NCBI GenBank assembly: GCA_051532055.1
Contig: JAOPTX010000034.1
Span: 1-64,000 of the forward strand
DNA from: Fibrobacterales bacterium
GTDB taxonomy: Bacteria > Fibrobacterota > Fibrobacteria > Fibrobacterales > JAOPTW01
Length of the DNA: 64,000 bases
Direction: 5' to 3'
Below, piece by piece: positions 30,205 through 39,770 of this stretch. Position 1 is the stretch's first letter, and every line of letters starts with the position of its first letter. The position numbers were made by a program, and so were the translations under genes. The notes below the pieces were generated by a model. It was given only the letters and a program-made list of their open reading frames with translations. It was not told where the DNA came from and ran no database searches.

Positions 30205-31640
30205 ATGAAGATAAAAAATATATCGTAAAAGGCTCCCTCATCAATTCTCTTGGAGTTCTTACGAATGCTATTTCTCCTCTACTTGTGTTACTCCTTGCAC
30301 GTTTTTTTCCCCAAGAAGAGTTTGGTCTCTTTATCTCTTTACAACTATTTGTACTCACAGCCTCTCGCTTTTTTGTATTAGGGCTCGACAAGGGCCTGAT
30401 GTGGTTTATTCCACAAAATCAACGGCACTCTAGGCCTGAAGGAACAGGAATATTCCCTGCATTAAACATCTCACTCATTAGTGCATGTATTGGCTTTGGC
30501 ATCGGTGCTCTAGCTATTAAACTGGGTGTTCTTACTAGTCTTCCCGAACTATCACGCCTTCCTCAATCCGTCATACTTCTCTGTATCTTTAATGTAATTC
30601 CTTACATGCTTCTCAATATCGGGGCAACATCTTTCGAAGGTATTCGTAAACCACAATACAAGATTCTCATTAATAGATTTGTCGTAAACTCTTTATTTCC
30701 AGTCTTTGCAATCATATGCTATTATGCTAGTTGTGGCATATATAGTTTAGCTATTGGATTCACTATAGCAAACTGCCTCGGCGCCTTCTGGTACTGTATT
30801 ATTCTTCAAAAACGGTTTCAATCATGGAGCTTCAGTCTTGCAATACCTAAAGAGCTTTTACAATATTCATTACCTCTCACCCTTTCAGATTTCATTTCAA
30901 GCATATTGTTACGTGTTGATATCTGGATGGTACTTGCATTGCTTGGGCCAGAAAAATCAGCCATCTATTCTATAATGGTAGTATTGTCAAACGGTGTAAA
31001 AACAATACGTCAAAACTTTGACTCTCTCGTAGTAACCGTTGTAAGTAAAATGAATAGAAAAGATATCAGCATCGAACTTAAACCTGTATTTTCTTACACC
31101 ATTAACATCGTTACTCTCATCCAATTATTTATTGCCCTCGCCATCCTCTTTCTTCCCAAAGAGATCCTTATGGTTGCAGGTAAAAACTACTCACACTCAC
31201 CACAAGCACTCTCAATTCTACTCATTGGCAATTTGATAAATGGAGTGCTTGGAGCAAATGGACTCGTGCTACTCGGTATTGGTAAAAGTAAACTTGCACT
31301 CTATATAAATGCAATTAGTCTAACAGTAAACATTGTCGGCAATCTAATCCTCATTCCATCCTACGGTATATTTGGCGCTGCCACAGCTTCTGTCATTGCT
31401 ATTCTCGTTCAAAATTCTCTCTGTTTTATTTCACTTTTTATTATTACCAAAAAACACTATTATGAAAAACATTTAATTATCAACATTGTATTGATCATGC
31501 TATTCTCATACACAGTATTTACACAGTTTACGGCCATTCAGCTACTCGATTTTGGAGATAGAATAGCCTATTTTGGACTTGCTACCCTCATTTGTGGTAG
31601 TATCGTTTACTTAAAAAAAGCATCACTGAAGCTATCCTAG
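30201..31640 (+). CDS. Wzx/MOP-family oligosaccharide flippase
   Basis: About 14 hydrophobic segments; LLARF...EEFG, RVDIWM, LIPSYGIFGAATAS. Confidence 0.85.
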   Translation: MNEDKKYIVKGSLINSLGVLTNAISPLLVLLLARFFPQEEFGLFISLQLFVLTASRFFVLGLDKGLMWFIPQNQRHSRPEGTGIFPALNISLISACIGFGIGALAIKLGVLTSLPELSRLPQSVILLCIFNVIPYMLLNIGATSFEGIRKPQYKILINRFVVNSLFPVFAIICYYASCGIYSLAIGFTIANCLGAFWYCIILQKRFQSWSFSLAIPKELLQYSLPLTLSDFISSILLRVDIWMVLALLGPEKSAIYSIMVVLSNGVKTIRQNFDSLVVTVVSKMNRKDISIELKPVFSYTINIVTLIQLFIALAILFLPKEILMVAGKNYSHSPQALSILLIGNLINGVLGANGLVLLGIGKSKLALYINAISLTVNIVGNLILIPSYGIFGAATASVIAILVQNSLCFISLFIITKKHYYEKHLIINIVLIMLFSYTVFTQFTAIQLLDFGDRIAYFGLATLICGSIVYLKKASLKLS

Positions 31641-31745
31641 TAAGGATCTATACCGGCCTTATGTTTACTCTTCGCGAGAGCAATAAATACTTAAGCTGAT
31701 CATATTTTACTATTTTTGCTCCAATGCATTTCTCAATAGCAATTC

Positions 31746-32864
31746 ATGAAAATACTCTTTATTACTCAAGATTATGCGCCCAAAATAGGTGGCATTGAGA
31801 CCTATTGTACTGAACTTACCAAAAACATTCATGAACTTGGAATCTCGATTGACGTTATTTGCCCCAGTCACAAAGATCAAAAAGAACTGGAACTCCCTTT
31901 TAACGTAACTCGAATACCCATACATTCATCATATCTTTTTCTCCCCCTCCTCTTTCTAATTCCTTTTGTACTCCGTAAAAAAGAGTATACCCACATTATT
32001 TATGGCCAATGGCAAAATGGGCTCTGGCACCTTTTTTATCCCTTTCTTGCGAAAAAATATTTTAAAGCTACCCTTGTTCATGGGCGGGAATTACTCACCT
32101 CAATCTTAAATCCTTTTACAACAGTACTCTACAATAAAGTATTTCGCACAATGGATCACGCACTCCCCAATAGTCAAGCCGTCCAAGAGCTCCTCAATGA
32201 AAAGCTCCACAACACAGGTCCCAATACTATTGCACATCCTGGGGCAAATACCGAAACATTTTTCCCTGTTGAAAGTATTGACCTACGAAAAAAGTATGGC
32301 CTAGAGCATAAAATTATAATCGGACACATTACTCGACTGGTAAAACGAAAAAACAGCGCCCTTCTTGTCTCTATCCTCCCTATACTTTTAGAAAAACAAC
32401 CAAATCTCCATCTCATTATAGGTGGAACAGGGCCAGAGCTCGATACCATTAAAGCAAAAGTAGCAGAACTACAATTAGAAGAACATGTCACCTTTCTTGG
32501 CTTTATACCAGATGATGCAATAAATAAGCACTTTAATCTTGCAGATCTGTTTGTCCTCCCCAGCACAATCTCAGAAAATGATATTGAAGGATTTGGTATT
32601 GTCTATATCGAAGCAAACTGTGCTGGAGTACCCGTTATCGGCTTCAAATGTGGTGGTGTAGTCGATGCAATTGCGCATAATGAAACGGGGATTTTATGTG
32701 ACCCAAATCAACCAGATTCGCTCACTACAGCAATACTTCAATTAACATCGAACCCAGAACTCAGAATAGAAATGGGACAAAAAGGAAGAGCACGTGCACT
32801 CTCTCACTTTACGTGGCGTGCCAATGCAGAAAAAATTATTGGGATATTACTTAAGAACCCCTAA
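31746..32864 (+). CDS. GT4 family glycosyltransferase (PimA/PimB-like)
   Basis: DYAPKIGGIE, TRLVKRK, EGFGIVYIEA..GVPVI. Confidence 0.9.
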   Translation: MKILFITQDYAPKIGGIETYCTELTKNIHELGISIDVICPSHKDQKELELPFNVTRIPIHSSYLFLPLLFLIPFVLRKKEYTHIIYGQWQNGLWHLFYPFLAKKYFKATLVHGRELLTSILNPFTTVLYNKVFRTMDHALPNSQAVQELLNEKLHNTGPNTIAHPGANTETFFPVESIDLRKKYGLEHKIIIGHITRLVKRKNSALLVSILPILLEKQPNLHLIIGGTGPELDTIKAKVAELQLEEHVTFLGFIPDDAINKHFNLADLFVLPSTISENDIEGFGIVYIEANCAGVPVIGFKCGGVVDAIAHNETGILCDPNQPDSLTTAILQLTSNPELRIEMGQKGRARALSHFTWRANAEKIIGILLKNP

Positions 32865-32871
32865 AGAATAG

Positions 32872-33432
32872 CTAAGGGAGTGTTGCCTCTGATGCTTCAC
32901 ATATAATATGCCCAATCAATATATGGCATTCTTGAATACGAGCAGTTACTGTAGAAGGCACTACAACATTAGTATCACAGAGTGAGACCATCTCCCCACC
33001 GTCACGGCCAGTCATTGATGCACAATGAGCACCTTTCTCTTTCGCCGCAACCAATGCAAGATTCACTCCACCACTATTTCCGCTTGTCGAGATCCCAATA
33101 ACAAGATCGCCGGGTCTCACCAACGCTTTTACCTGTCTTACAAAAACTTGGTCATAACCATAATCATTAGATATCGCCGTCAAGGCAGAAGTATCTGTCG
33201 TCAAGGCAATTGCGGCCATAGGTTCCCGCTCTTTCACAAACCTCCCCGTAAATTCTGCTGCAATATGCTGAGCATCACTTGCCGAGCCACCATTACCAAA
33301 AAGAAAAATAGTCCCACCATTTCGAATGGTTTCTACTGTTTGATCAGCAAGCTTTTGAATATCACTTTTAATAGTGTGAAGTGAATTTACTGCCTCAATA
33401 TGCTCTTTTATGGAATTTTCAACAATATTCAT
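32872..33432 (-). CDS. gmhA: phosphoheptose (sedoheptulose-7-phosphate) isomerase
   Basis: FGNGGSASDAQHIAAEF, ISNDYGY, ISTSGNS, RIQECH. Confidence 0.95.
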   Translation of the reverse strand: MNIVENSIKEHIEAVNSLHTIKSDIQKLADQTVETIRNGGTIFLFGNGGSASDAQHIAAEFTGRFVKEREPMAAIALTTDTSALTAISNDYGYDQVFVRQVKALVRPGDLVIGISTSGNSGGVNLALVAAKEKGAHCASMTGRDGGEMVSLCDTNVVVPSTVTARIQECHILIGHIICEASEATLP

Positions 33433-33626
33433 AGACTTTACAGGTGAGTGACTTATAAGACTAAATGTAAAAAGTTACGTCAAAAAAACGGCACATATAC
33501 TGCAAATCTTTGTCCGGTATTTTTAAAAATGCTACATTTGACATACATTATAATTCAAAACCCTTCCTGCAGTCAAAAAGCAGCACTCTCACCGAGACAA
33601 CAAAACTCTGGAAAGGAGCGTAACTT

Positions 33627-34565
33627 ATGGAATACAAAGTACCCAATCGACTCATTTTTATATGGTTTGGATCATCATTCCCCCTTGCGAATCAAATTGC
33701 CATTAAATCAGCTATTCACCACTGTAAGCCAGATGAGACCCTGCTGATACAAGAAGGGCTCACCTTAGACACTGAGGGCATTAGAGAACTTGTCGAAGAA
33801 CATGGCGTAACTCTCATGGATGCTGATGCATCATGGTTTACAGATCTCCCTCCCGGTGGAAACACAGCATTACAACTCTTTAACACCCTTACGTCACCCG
33901 CATCACGCGCGAACCTTCTGAGAATGGCCTCTCTCTTTAAATTAGGTGGTATCTACCTCGACATGGATACTATTACCACAAAAAGCCTCGACTCCCTTAG
34001 AACACTCGATGGTTTTATAGGTACCGAGACAGTCGCTCTGCCTGGTTCACTTTTTCATTCCAAAAATCCGCTCAAATGGATTGCTGCAGGTCTACGAATG
34101 GCAGCTCGAGAACTTTGTGTACGCATTCCCTATGGATACCAACTGTTTAAACTGATAGAACCACTTTACCATCAAGCGGTAAACAATGCGGTCATTGGTT
34201 CAAAACCTGGAAATCCTGTCTGGGTAACTGCCTTTGATACCATAGAACAGATGCCCCAGGACGAACGCCTTAAACGATTTAGACTGGGCACTCATCTCAT
34301 GCAAGGGCTCACAGGCAATCGCACAATACCGAATATGACGGTATTTAATTTTCGATATTTCTACCCTCTTGGACCTGAAATATCCGCCTTCTGGTTTAAG
34401 TCAGGCTATGCAAATCAACTCAACACCATGCTCCGTAAAGAAACCTATCTTATACATTGGTACAACTCTGTTGAAAAACGTTTTCTGAAACAGACCATTG
34501 ATAGAGAGTTTCTTGCCACTCACAATAACAGTCCTTTTTATACAATGGTAAAAACATACCTCTAA
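33627..34565 (+). CDS. GT32/DXD-motif glycosyltransferase
   Basis: IFIWFG, RANLLR...LFKLGGIYLDMD (DxD), NNAVIG, IHWY. GAAAGGAG SD. Confidence 0.82.
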   Translation: MEYKVPNRLIFIWFGSSFPLANQIAIKSAIHHCKPDETLLIQEGLTLDTEGIRELVEEHGVTLMDADASWFTDLPPGGNTALQLFNTLTSPASRANLLRMASLFKLGGIYLDMDTITTKSLDSLRTLDGFIGTETVALPGSLFHSKNPLKWIAAGLRMAARELCVRIPYGYQLFKLIEPLYHQAVNNAVIGSKPGNPVWVTAFDTIEQMPQDERLKRFRLGTHLMQGLTGNRTIPNMTVFNFRYFYPLGPEISAFWFKSGYANQLNTMLRKETYLIHWYNSVEKRFLKQTIDREFLATHNNSPFYTMVKTYL

Positions 34566-34644
34566 TAAATCTCTCACTCTATTGAAGCTGTGCCCATGGG
34601 GATTTTTGTATATTTCCTCAAACACATGACCTAGGAACTTTTTA

Positions 34645-37203
34645 ATGGCATCAAAAATTGACTTATTTGCCCAACGCTATATCGCATTTGCTGAAAGATT
34701 TCGCTTTCTCATTATTTTTATAGCCTTAATTTTGTTTGCTGCAACGGGTTACTACACGTTTAACAACTTAAAAATAAACAACGACCTGTCAGTGCTGCTC
34801 CCCCAAGACACCCCTTCGGTACTCGCACTCAACGAATCCAATGAGCGTTTTGGAAGCTCTGACAAATTCATTATCGTTATTCAAAATGAAGATCCTCAAT
34901 ACGTTGCAACTCTTCAAAAGAAAGTGAAAGAGATTATCGACACTGAGTGGAATGACATAGCCATCAGTTCAAACTACGAACGTGACAACTCATTTTTTGT
35001 AGACCATGCACTTCTCTATCTCCCTGTCCCACATCTTGAGCGCATTCGCGATAACCTTGAGACAATACAGGGCCGTATGGGCCGCAAAGCTGGACCGCTT
35101 ATTGTTAATCTTTTTGAAGACTCTGAAGAAGATGAAGAAGAACTTGTATGGTTTGACGCATCACTCCCCGATGAACTTGGCCTACCCGACGAAGCGGCAA
35201 CAGCCTTTGAAGGGTACTATAACACTGATGAAAAAAAGAGAAAACAAGAAGCGGGAGAAGAAATTGTCCCTGACTACGACCCTAAAGCAGAACTCCCAAC
35301 CGAACTTAAAACTCATCTTCTTGCAAAATCAAAAGGTGAAACAGTCTTCAATGGACTGGTACTGGTAAAACTCAATCAACCACCAACAAACATTAACTTC
35401 ACTACGGAAGTACTAGCGAAGGCAAGCACCCTTATTGATTCAATGACAGTGAAAAATCCAGGAATTCGCATGTCAGTTGAAGGATCATACGAAGGCCTCA
35501 AACAAGTTAAAGAGATGAAAAGCGACGGCATAACCTCTGCCATTATATCAATTCTCCTAATCTTCGGACTAGTCATCTTCTTTTTCAGAAGCTTTCTTTC
35601 AGCCCTCCTCCTCCTTGCACAGGTCTCTTTTGCTTCGGGCATCATGCTCTTTTTTACCACTATTGTTTATGGAGAACTCAATAACTACACGCTTTTTGTC
35701 GCAGCTATCATTCTCGGCATGGGTATCGATTTCTCTATTCATGTTATGGGTAATGTACAGCGATTTCAAAATGACCACCCCACTCTAAATGCTGCACTCG
35801 CCAATACCATCTCACATTTACTCTATCCCATGTTTCTCGCTGCACTTACAACGGTAGCCGGAATGCTTACACTCCTCATTGCTGAGTTTAATGGTTTTTA
35901 CGAATTTGGTGTTATTACTGCGACAGGGATTGCCCTCAGCTTTATTACAGCAATATTAGGGCTACCGGTGCTCGTCATGACTTTTGGCGGCCTCAATAAG
36001 CGTAAACCAACATCATTCTTCCCGAGCCACTGGGGTGATTCTCAGGTGGCTGCATTTATGAAAAAAGCAGCCATCACCGTTATAATCTTGACCGCTGTTC
36101 TCGCTATCTTTATTCCTTATGCAGAGTTTGAAAATGACTTTCGAAACCTCCGACCTAAAAAGAGTACAGAGAAAGTAGAAGAAAGCAAACCACGGTTTCG
36201 CTATGGCGACGCAATGTCTTCAAAGCGCAAATCGTCTCAACCCGCTGCGGTACTTGGTGATTCACGAGAAGACCTCGACAGACTCTATGACACTCTCATG
36301 GTCCGGAAAAACATTTCCAAAGACCCGTACCTTAAAAGCTTTCTCACTCTTAAAACATTCGTCCCTGAAGAAGGTGAGCAAGAGGACCGAATGGAGATGG
36401 TGGAAGAAATTGCAGAACTCATCAATGCACGCGCATTCAGCAAAGTAACGGGTGAAGATTCAGCAATGGTTGTGAAGCTTCGTGGCATGGTCGATGTCTC
36501 AGAATTTACTGCAAAGGACATTCCTGAATGGGCTATTGATGCCCTTAAAGAAAAAGATGGCTCTATTGGATCAATTGGTTTTATCTATGGTAAATACAAT
36601 AGCTGGGATGCAAACGACATGAAAGTATTTCAGGATAAATACGCCCATTGGAACTTCGGCAACAAAGACTTGCGAGTATTCTCATCCGCCTTTATTACAG
36701 CTGATGTTATTGAAGCAGTAAAAAGTGACAGTTTCAAGATGGCTATTTTCATCAGTATAGTCATCTTTCTTACACTCAGCTTATCACTCCGCAATACGAC
36801 AATGGTCATTATTAGCTTTTGTTCTCTTGGCTTTGGCGCCCTATGGACTATGGGACTCATGGGACTCACCAATAGTGCAATAGATTTGGGCAAGGTATGT
36901 ATTTTTAATGTGATAGTTATCCCCACCGCCCTTGGAGTCGGTATTGATTCTACTATACATCTCCTTGTAGCATTTGTGAAACATCGTGATGATGGCATTA
37001 AAACTATAATGGATACAACGGGAAAGATGGTAATCGCCTCATCACTTACAACCATTGCGGGCTTTGTTGGAGTGCTCTTTATCAATCATAGAGGCATGCG
37101 TACCATTGGCGAGCTTGCTGTAATTGGCATCATTGCTGCACTCATTACTTCGCTCTGTATCACCCCCTATCTTTCACATAAGTTTTTAGGCAAAAAGAAC
37201 TAG
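34645..37203 (+). CDS. MMPL/RND (HpnN-like) lipid transporter
   Basis: Two TM bundles with GMGIDFSIH and GVGIDSTIH, LTTVAG and LTTIAGF, and large periplasmic loops. Confidence 0.88.
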   Translation: MASKIDLFAQRYIAFAERFRFLIIFIALILFAATGYYTFNNLKINNDLSVLLPQDTPSVLALNESNERFGSSDKFIIVIQNEDPQYVATLQKKVKEIIDTEWNDIAISSNYERDNSFFVDHALLYLPVPHLERIRDNLETIQGRMGRKAGPLIVNLFEDSEEDEEELVWFDASLPDELGLPDEAATAFEGYYNTDEKKRKQEAGEEIVPDYDPKAELPTELKTHLLAKSKGETVFNGLVLVKLNQPPTNINFTTEVLAKASTLIDSMTVKNPGIRMSVEGSYEGLKQVKEMKSDGITSAIISILLIFGLVIFFFRSFLSALLLLAQVSFASGIMLFFTTIVYGELNNYTLFVAAIILGMGIDFSIHVMGNVQRFQNDHPTLNAALANTISHLLYPMFLAALTTVAGMLTLLIAEFNGFYEFGVITATGIALSFITAILGLPVLVMTFGGLNKRKPTSFFPSHWGDSQVAAFMKKAAITVIILTAVLAIFIPYAEFENDFRNLRPKKSTEKVEESKPRFRYGDAMSSKRKSSQPAAVLGDSREDLDRLYDTLMVRKNISKDPYLKSFLTLKTFVPEEGEQEDRMEMVEEIAELINARAFSKVTGEDSAMVVKLRGMVDVSEFTAKDIPEWAIDALKEKDGSIGSIGFIYGKYNSWDANDMKVFQDKYAHWNFGNKDLRVFSSAFITADVIEAVKSDSFKMAIFISIVIFLTLSLSLRNTTMVIISFCSLGFGALWTMGLMGLTNSAIDLGKVCIFNVIVIPTALGVGIDSTIHLLVAFVKHRDDGIKTIMDTTGKMVIASSLTTIAGFVGVLFINHRGMRTIGELAVIGIIAALITSLCITPYLSHKFLGKKN

Positions 37204-37266
37204 ATAATAATTCTGAATGACATCTATGATGGGAGTGATTCACTCTCTACATAGATTGACTCTTTG

Positions 37267-37821
37267 CTATACACTAATCAAAAGAGAAGCAAAAACCATT
37301 AACCATTGCAACACCCATGTTGTAGTGTCTGATTTTAATGCCTCAAAAAATGTTCTTTCAGGTGCCCCTTCTGAATATCCAGAAATTCCAGCAAAATACC
37401 GCGGCGTTTCACGAGCCCATTCATAATACATTTTAGAAAATTTCTCTTTGAGATATTCTTCTTCAATAGCAATCAACACTTTGTGATGCCAGACAAAGAG
37501 CAGAAAAATAACAACAACTCCAACCCCCCATATATTAAGTAAAAGAATAAGTCCTAAGCCGAAAAGTATATTCGATACGTACAGTGGATTACGCGATAAT
37601 GAATAAGGACCATTCTTTTGTAACAACGGTGCCTGTAACTGAGTTCCTCTACTATGCCCCCCAATGTAGGTACGCGACCAATTACGAATAAATTGAGAAA
37701 CCATAATTACACCAAGTGCGTAGGTATTGAGCTTATTATCAATATTCGCACCAATGTACCCTAAAGAGAGCAATAGGATAATTGGAGGAAGGCCTCGTAG
37801 TCTATAATAAAGGTTTTTCAT
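37267..37821 (-). CDS. ICMT/PEMT-family membrane methyltransferase
   Basis: GPYSLSRNPLY, EEEYL..KF...Y......PRY, several TM segments. Confidence 0.82.
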   Translation of the reverse strand: MKNLYYRLRGLPPIILLLSLGYIGANIDNKLNTYALGVIMVSQFIRNWSRTYIGGHSRGTQLQAPLLQKNGPYSLSRNPLYVSNILFGLGLILLLNIWGVGVVVIFLLFVWHHKVLIAIEEEYLKEKFSKMYYEWARETPRYFAGISGYSEGAPERTFFEALKSDTTTWVLQWLMVFASLLISV

Positions 37822-39442
37822 TCAAATTTATTCGAAAACAGCCAGTTAACTGATCAAGGGGTTCATGAGATACTATAATAATAGCTTTTTTATGGGCAAT
37901 GCAAAAATTTATCAGCACTGAAAGGAGGTTTAGTCGCTCACCAGCAGGGAGATATGACGTTGGCTCATCCAAAAGAAGCATTTGTGCCTGAGAAAAAGCT
38001 ACAATTCCCAAAGCCAATCGTTGACGCTGTCCCCCCGAAAGCTCAAATCCTAGGCTATCAAGCCCCTTCAACCCCCTATTATTTAATTTTTTTAGTATCG
38101 ACTCTATTCCTAAGGCCGTATAAAGATCCCTATCTTGTTGACACGTCAATTCAAATGAATACCCATTGAGTGATATAAAGGGGATCATCGGATCCTGATC
38201 TAAATATCCTATCATGGAAGGTGAAGCGGGGAGCTGGCACACTCCAGAAACTGGAATTTCAAGCCCTGAGCATAATTTCAACAGAGTTGATTTACCCGAC
38301 CCATTGTCACCTGACACCAACACAGGGGCACCCAGTGGAATCGTTAAACTCACCCTATTAAAGAGTGGCTCTGATTGATAAGAAAATACCACATCACTCA
38401 AAACAATACTAGCGTCAGACAACTCGAATGGAAGTATCTCTTGTTCTTGACTCAAGAGTTTTCGTACTCGACCCCATGTGATCTGAGCATCTTTATAGAG
38501 TGGCACAAGTCGCGCAAATTCTTTCACTGGTTTATAGAGCAAAAAAAGACATGCAAGATAGAGTATAACGTCGCTTGGTGTTATAGAGCCAGCAAGTATA
38601 AACCAACCCACCACTGAGAATACAAATACAGTCCCTACATTTGCTACAAATTCAGACCCCCCATAAATCAGGCTCTTCTTCTGGATGACCACAGTATCTT
38701 TGTATGCCATTTCACCAATCATACCATGTAAGTCACTTTGCATGGTTCTAAGAGATCGAGCATCAGTCCACTGCTGAATAAGGGTGAGGTATTGGGTGAT
38801 ACGCCTATGCACCACCCCTCGATACTCTAAGAGTTGCTCAATAGGCCTATTAAGCACTGACAGCCTTCCTTGAACAAATGCAACAAAAGGTACAGCCACA
38901 AAAAGGATGATAGCCGTAAGCTCCCACGAGAGCCAAAACAGAAGGGGAACAAATAATGCGAGCTGTATCAGAGCGTGTACTCCATAAAAAACTGCCTCAG
39001 CCCCTTTCTCTAGTATGCGAAAATCAGCAGTAAAATGAAACGCCTCCTCATCACTTGTATGAGTCCTCAAAAAGCGATTCCCCAATCTTGAGTAGCAAAG
39101 AAGGAGTTGTTGCTGAAAGTACTTTTCAAAAACAATAAAGAATTTCCCAGAGCGCATCATCTTTAAAAAAGAAACTATCAACTTAATAAGAGCTACGAGG
39201 GTCATAATCCATATCCAGTGGATGAAATCACCAGGAGTACAGGTTATCCCCCAAAAAAGATTTATGGACTCACCAGTAACAATTGCCGAAAAGAGACGGA
39301 TACCTCCAAGAAGAGCAGCATCAAGCAAACTAGCGAGAAGAGTAAGAGCCACAATAACCACCACAGCACGAACTCGAAAGTTCACTAATGATCGAGCAAA
39401 AGCAGGATTTATCTCTTTTTTAAGGTGTAATTGGGCACTCAT
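37802..39442 (-). CDS. ABC exporter, fused permease and ATPase (MsbA-like architecture)
   Basis: N-terminal TM domain; GDNGSGKST, LSGGQRQR, LLLDEPT, VSH. Confidence 0.85.
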   Translation of the reverse strand: MSAQLHLKKEINPAFARSLVNFRVRAVVVIVALTLLASLLDAALLGGIRLFSAIVTGESINLFWGITCTPGDFIHWIWIMTLVALIKLIVSFLKMMRSGKFFIVFEKYFQQQLLLCYSRLGNRFLRTHTSDEEAFHFTADFRILEKGAEAVFYGVHALIQLALFVPLLFWLSWELTAIILFVAVPFVAFVQGRLSVLNRPIEQLLEYRGVVHRRITQYLTLIQQWTDARSLRTMQSDLHGMIGEMAYKDTVVIQKKSLIYGGSEFVANVGTVFVFSVVGWFILAGSITPSDVILYLACLFLLYKPVKEFARLVPLYKDAQITWGRVRKLLSQEQEILPFELSDASIVLSDVVFSYQSEPLFNRVSLTIPLGAPVLVSGDNGSGKSTLLKLCSGLEIPVSGVCQLPASPSMIGYLDQDPMIPFISLNGYSFELTCQQDRDLYTALGIESILKKLNNRGLKGLDSLGFELSGGQRQRLALGIVAFSQAQMLLLDEPTSYLPAGERLNLLSVLINFCIAHKKAIIIVSHEPLDQLTGCFRINLNEKPLL

Positions 39443-39581
39443 TTGTTCAAATGTAGCTATTTGACTTTCTACAAACCATATTTCACCTTTTTTATCATTT
39501 TTTCATTTTTTTTAACCCCTTCTCTTTACACTAATTTCAGAAATACTTATCTTTAGCCTCGTTCTGAAAGGGACACCCTAA

Positions 39582-39654
39582 GCTCCCATCGTCTAGAGGC
39601 CTAGGACTCATGGTTTTCATCCATGCAACAGGAGTTCAAATCTCCTTGGGAGTA
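39582..39654 (+). tRNA. tRNA-Glu (anticodon TTC), CCA not encoded
   Basis: Acceptor stem GCTCCCA/TGGGAGT plus discriminator A; anticodon arm CATGG-TTTTCAT-CCATG; T arm AGGAG-TTCAAAT-CTCCT. Confidence 0.95.
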
Positions 39655-39657
39655 TTG

Positions 39658-39700
39658 AAAAGGATCTTAGCCTTATGGCTAAGATCCTTTTTTCGTTTTT
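39658..39700 (+). terminator. intrinsic terminator after tRNA-Glu (possibly bidirectional)
   Basis: AAAAGGATCTTAGCC-ttat-GGCTAAGATCCTTTT followed by a T-rich tail. Confidence 0.85.
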
Positions 39701-39770
39701 TCAAATCTACTTGGCAATCCCGACTCCCCAACAGCAAAAAAAAGTGACGATGCATATCTTTTATAAAGTA

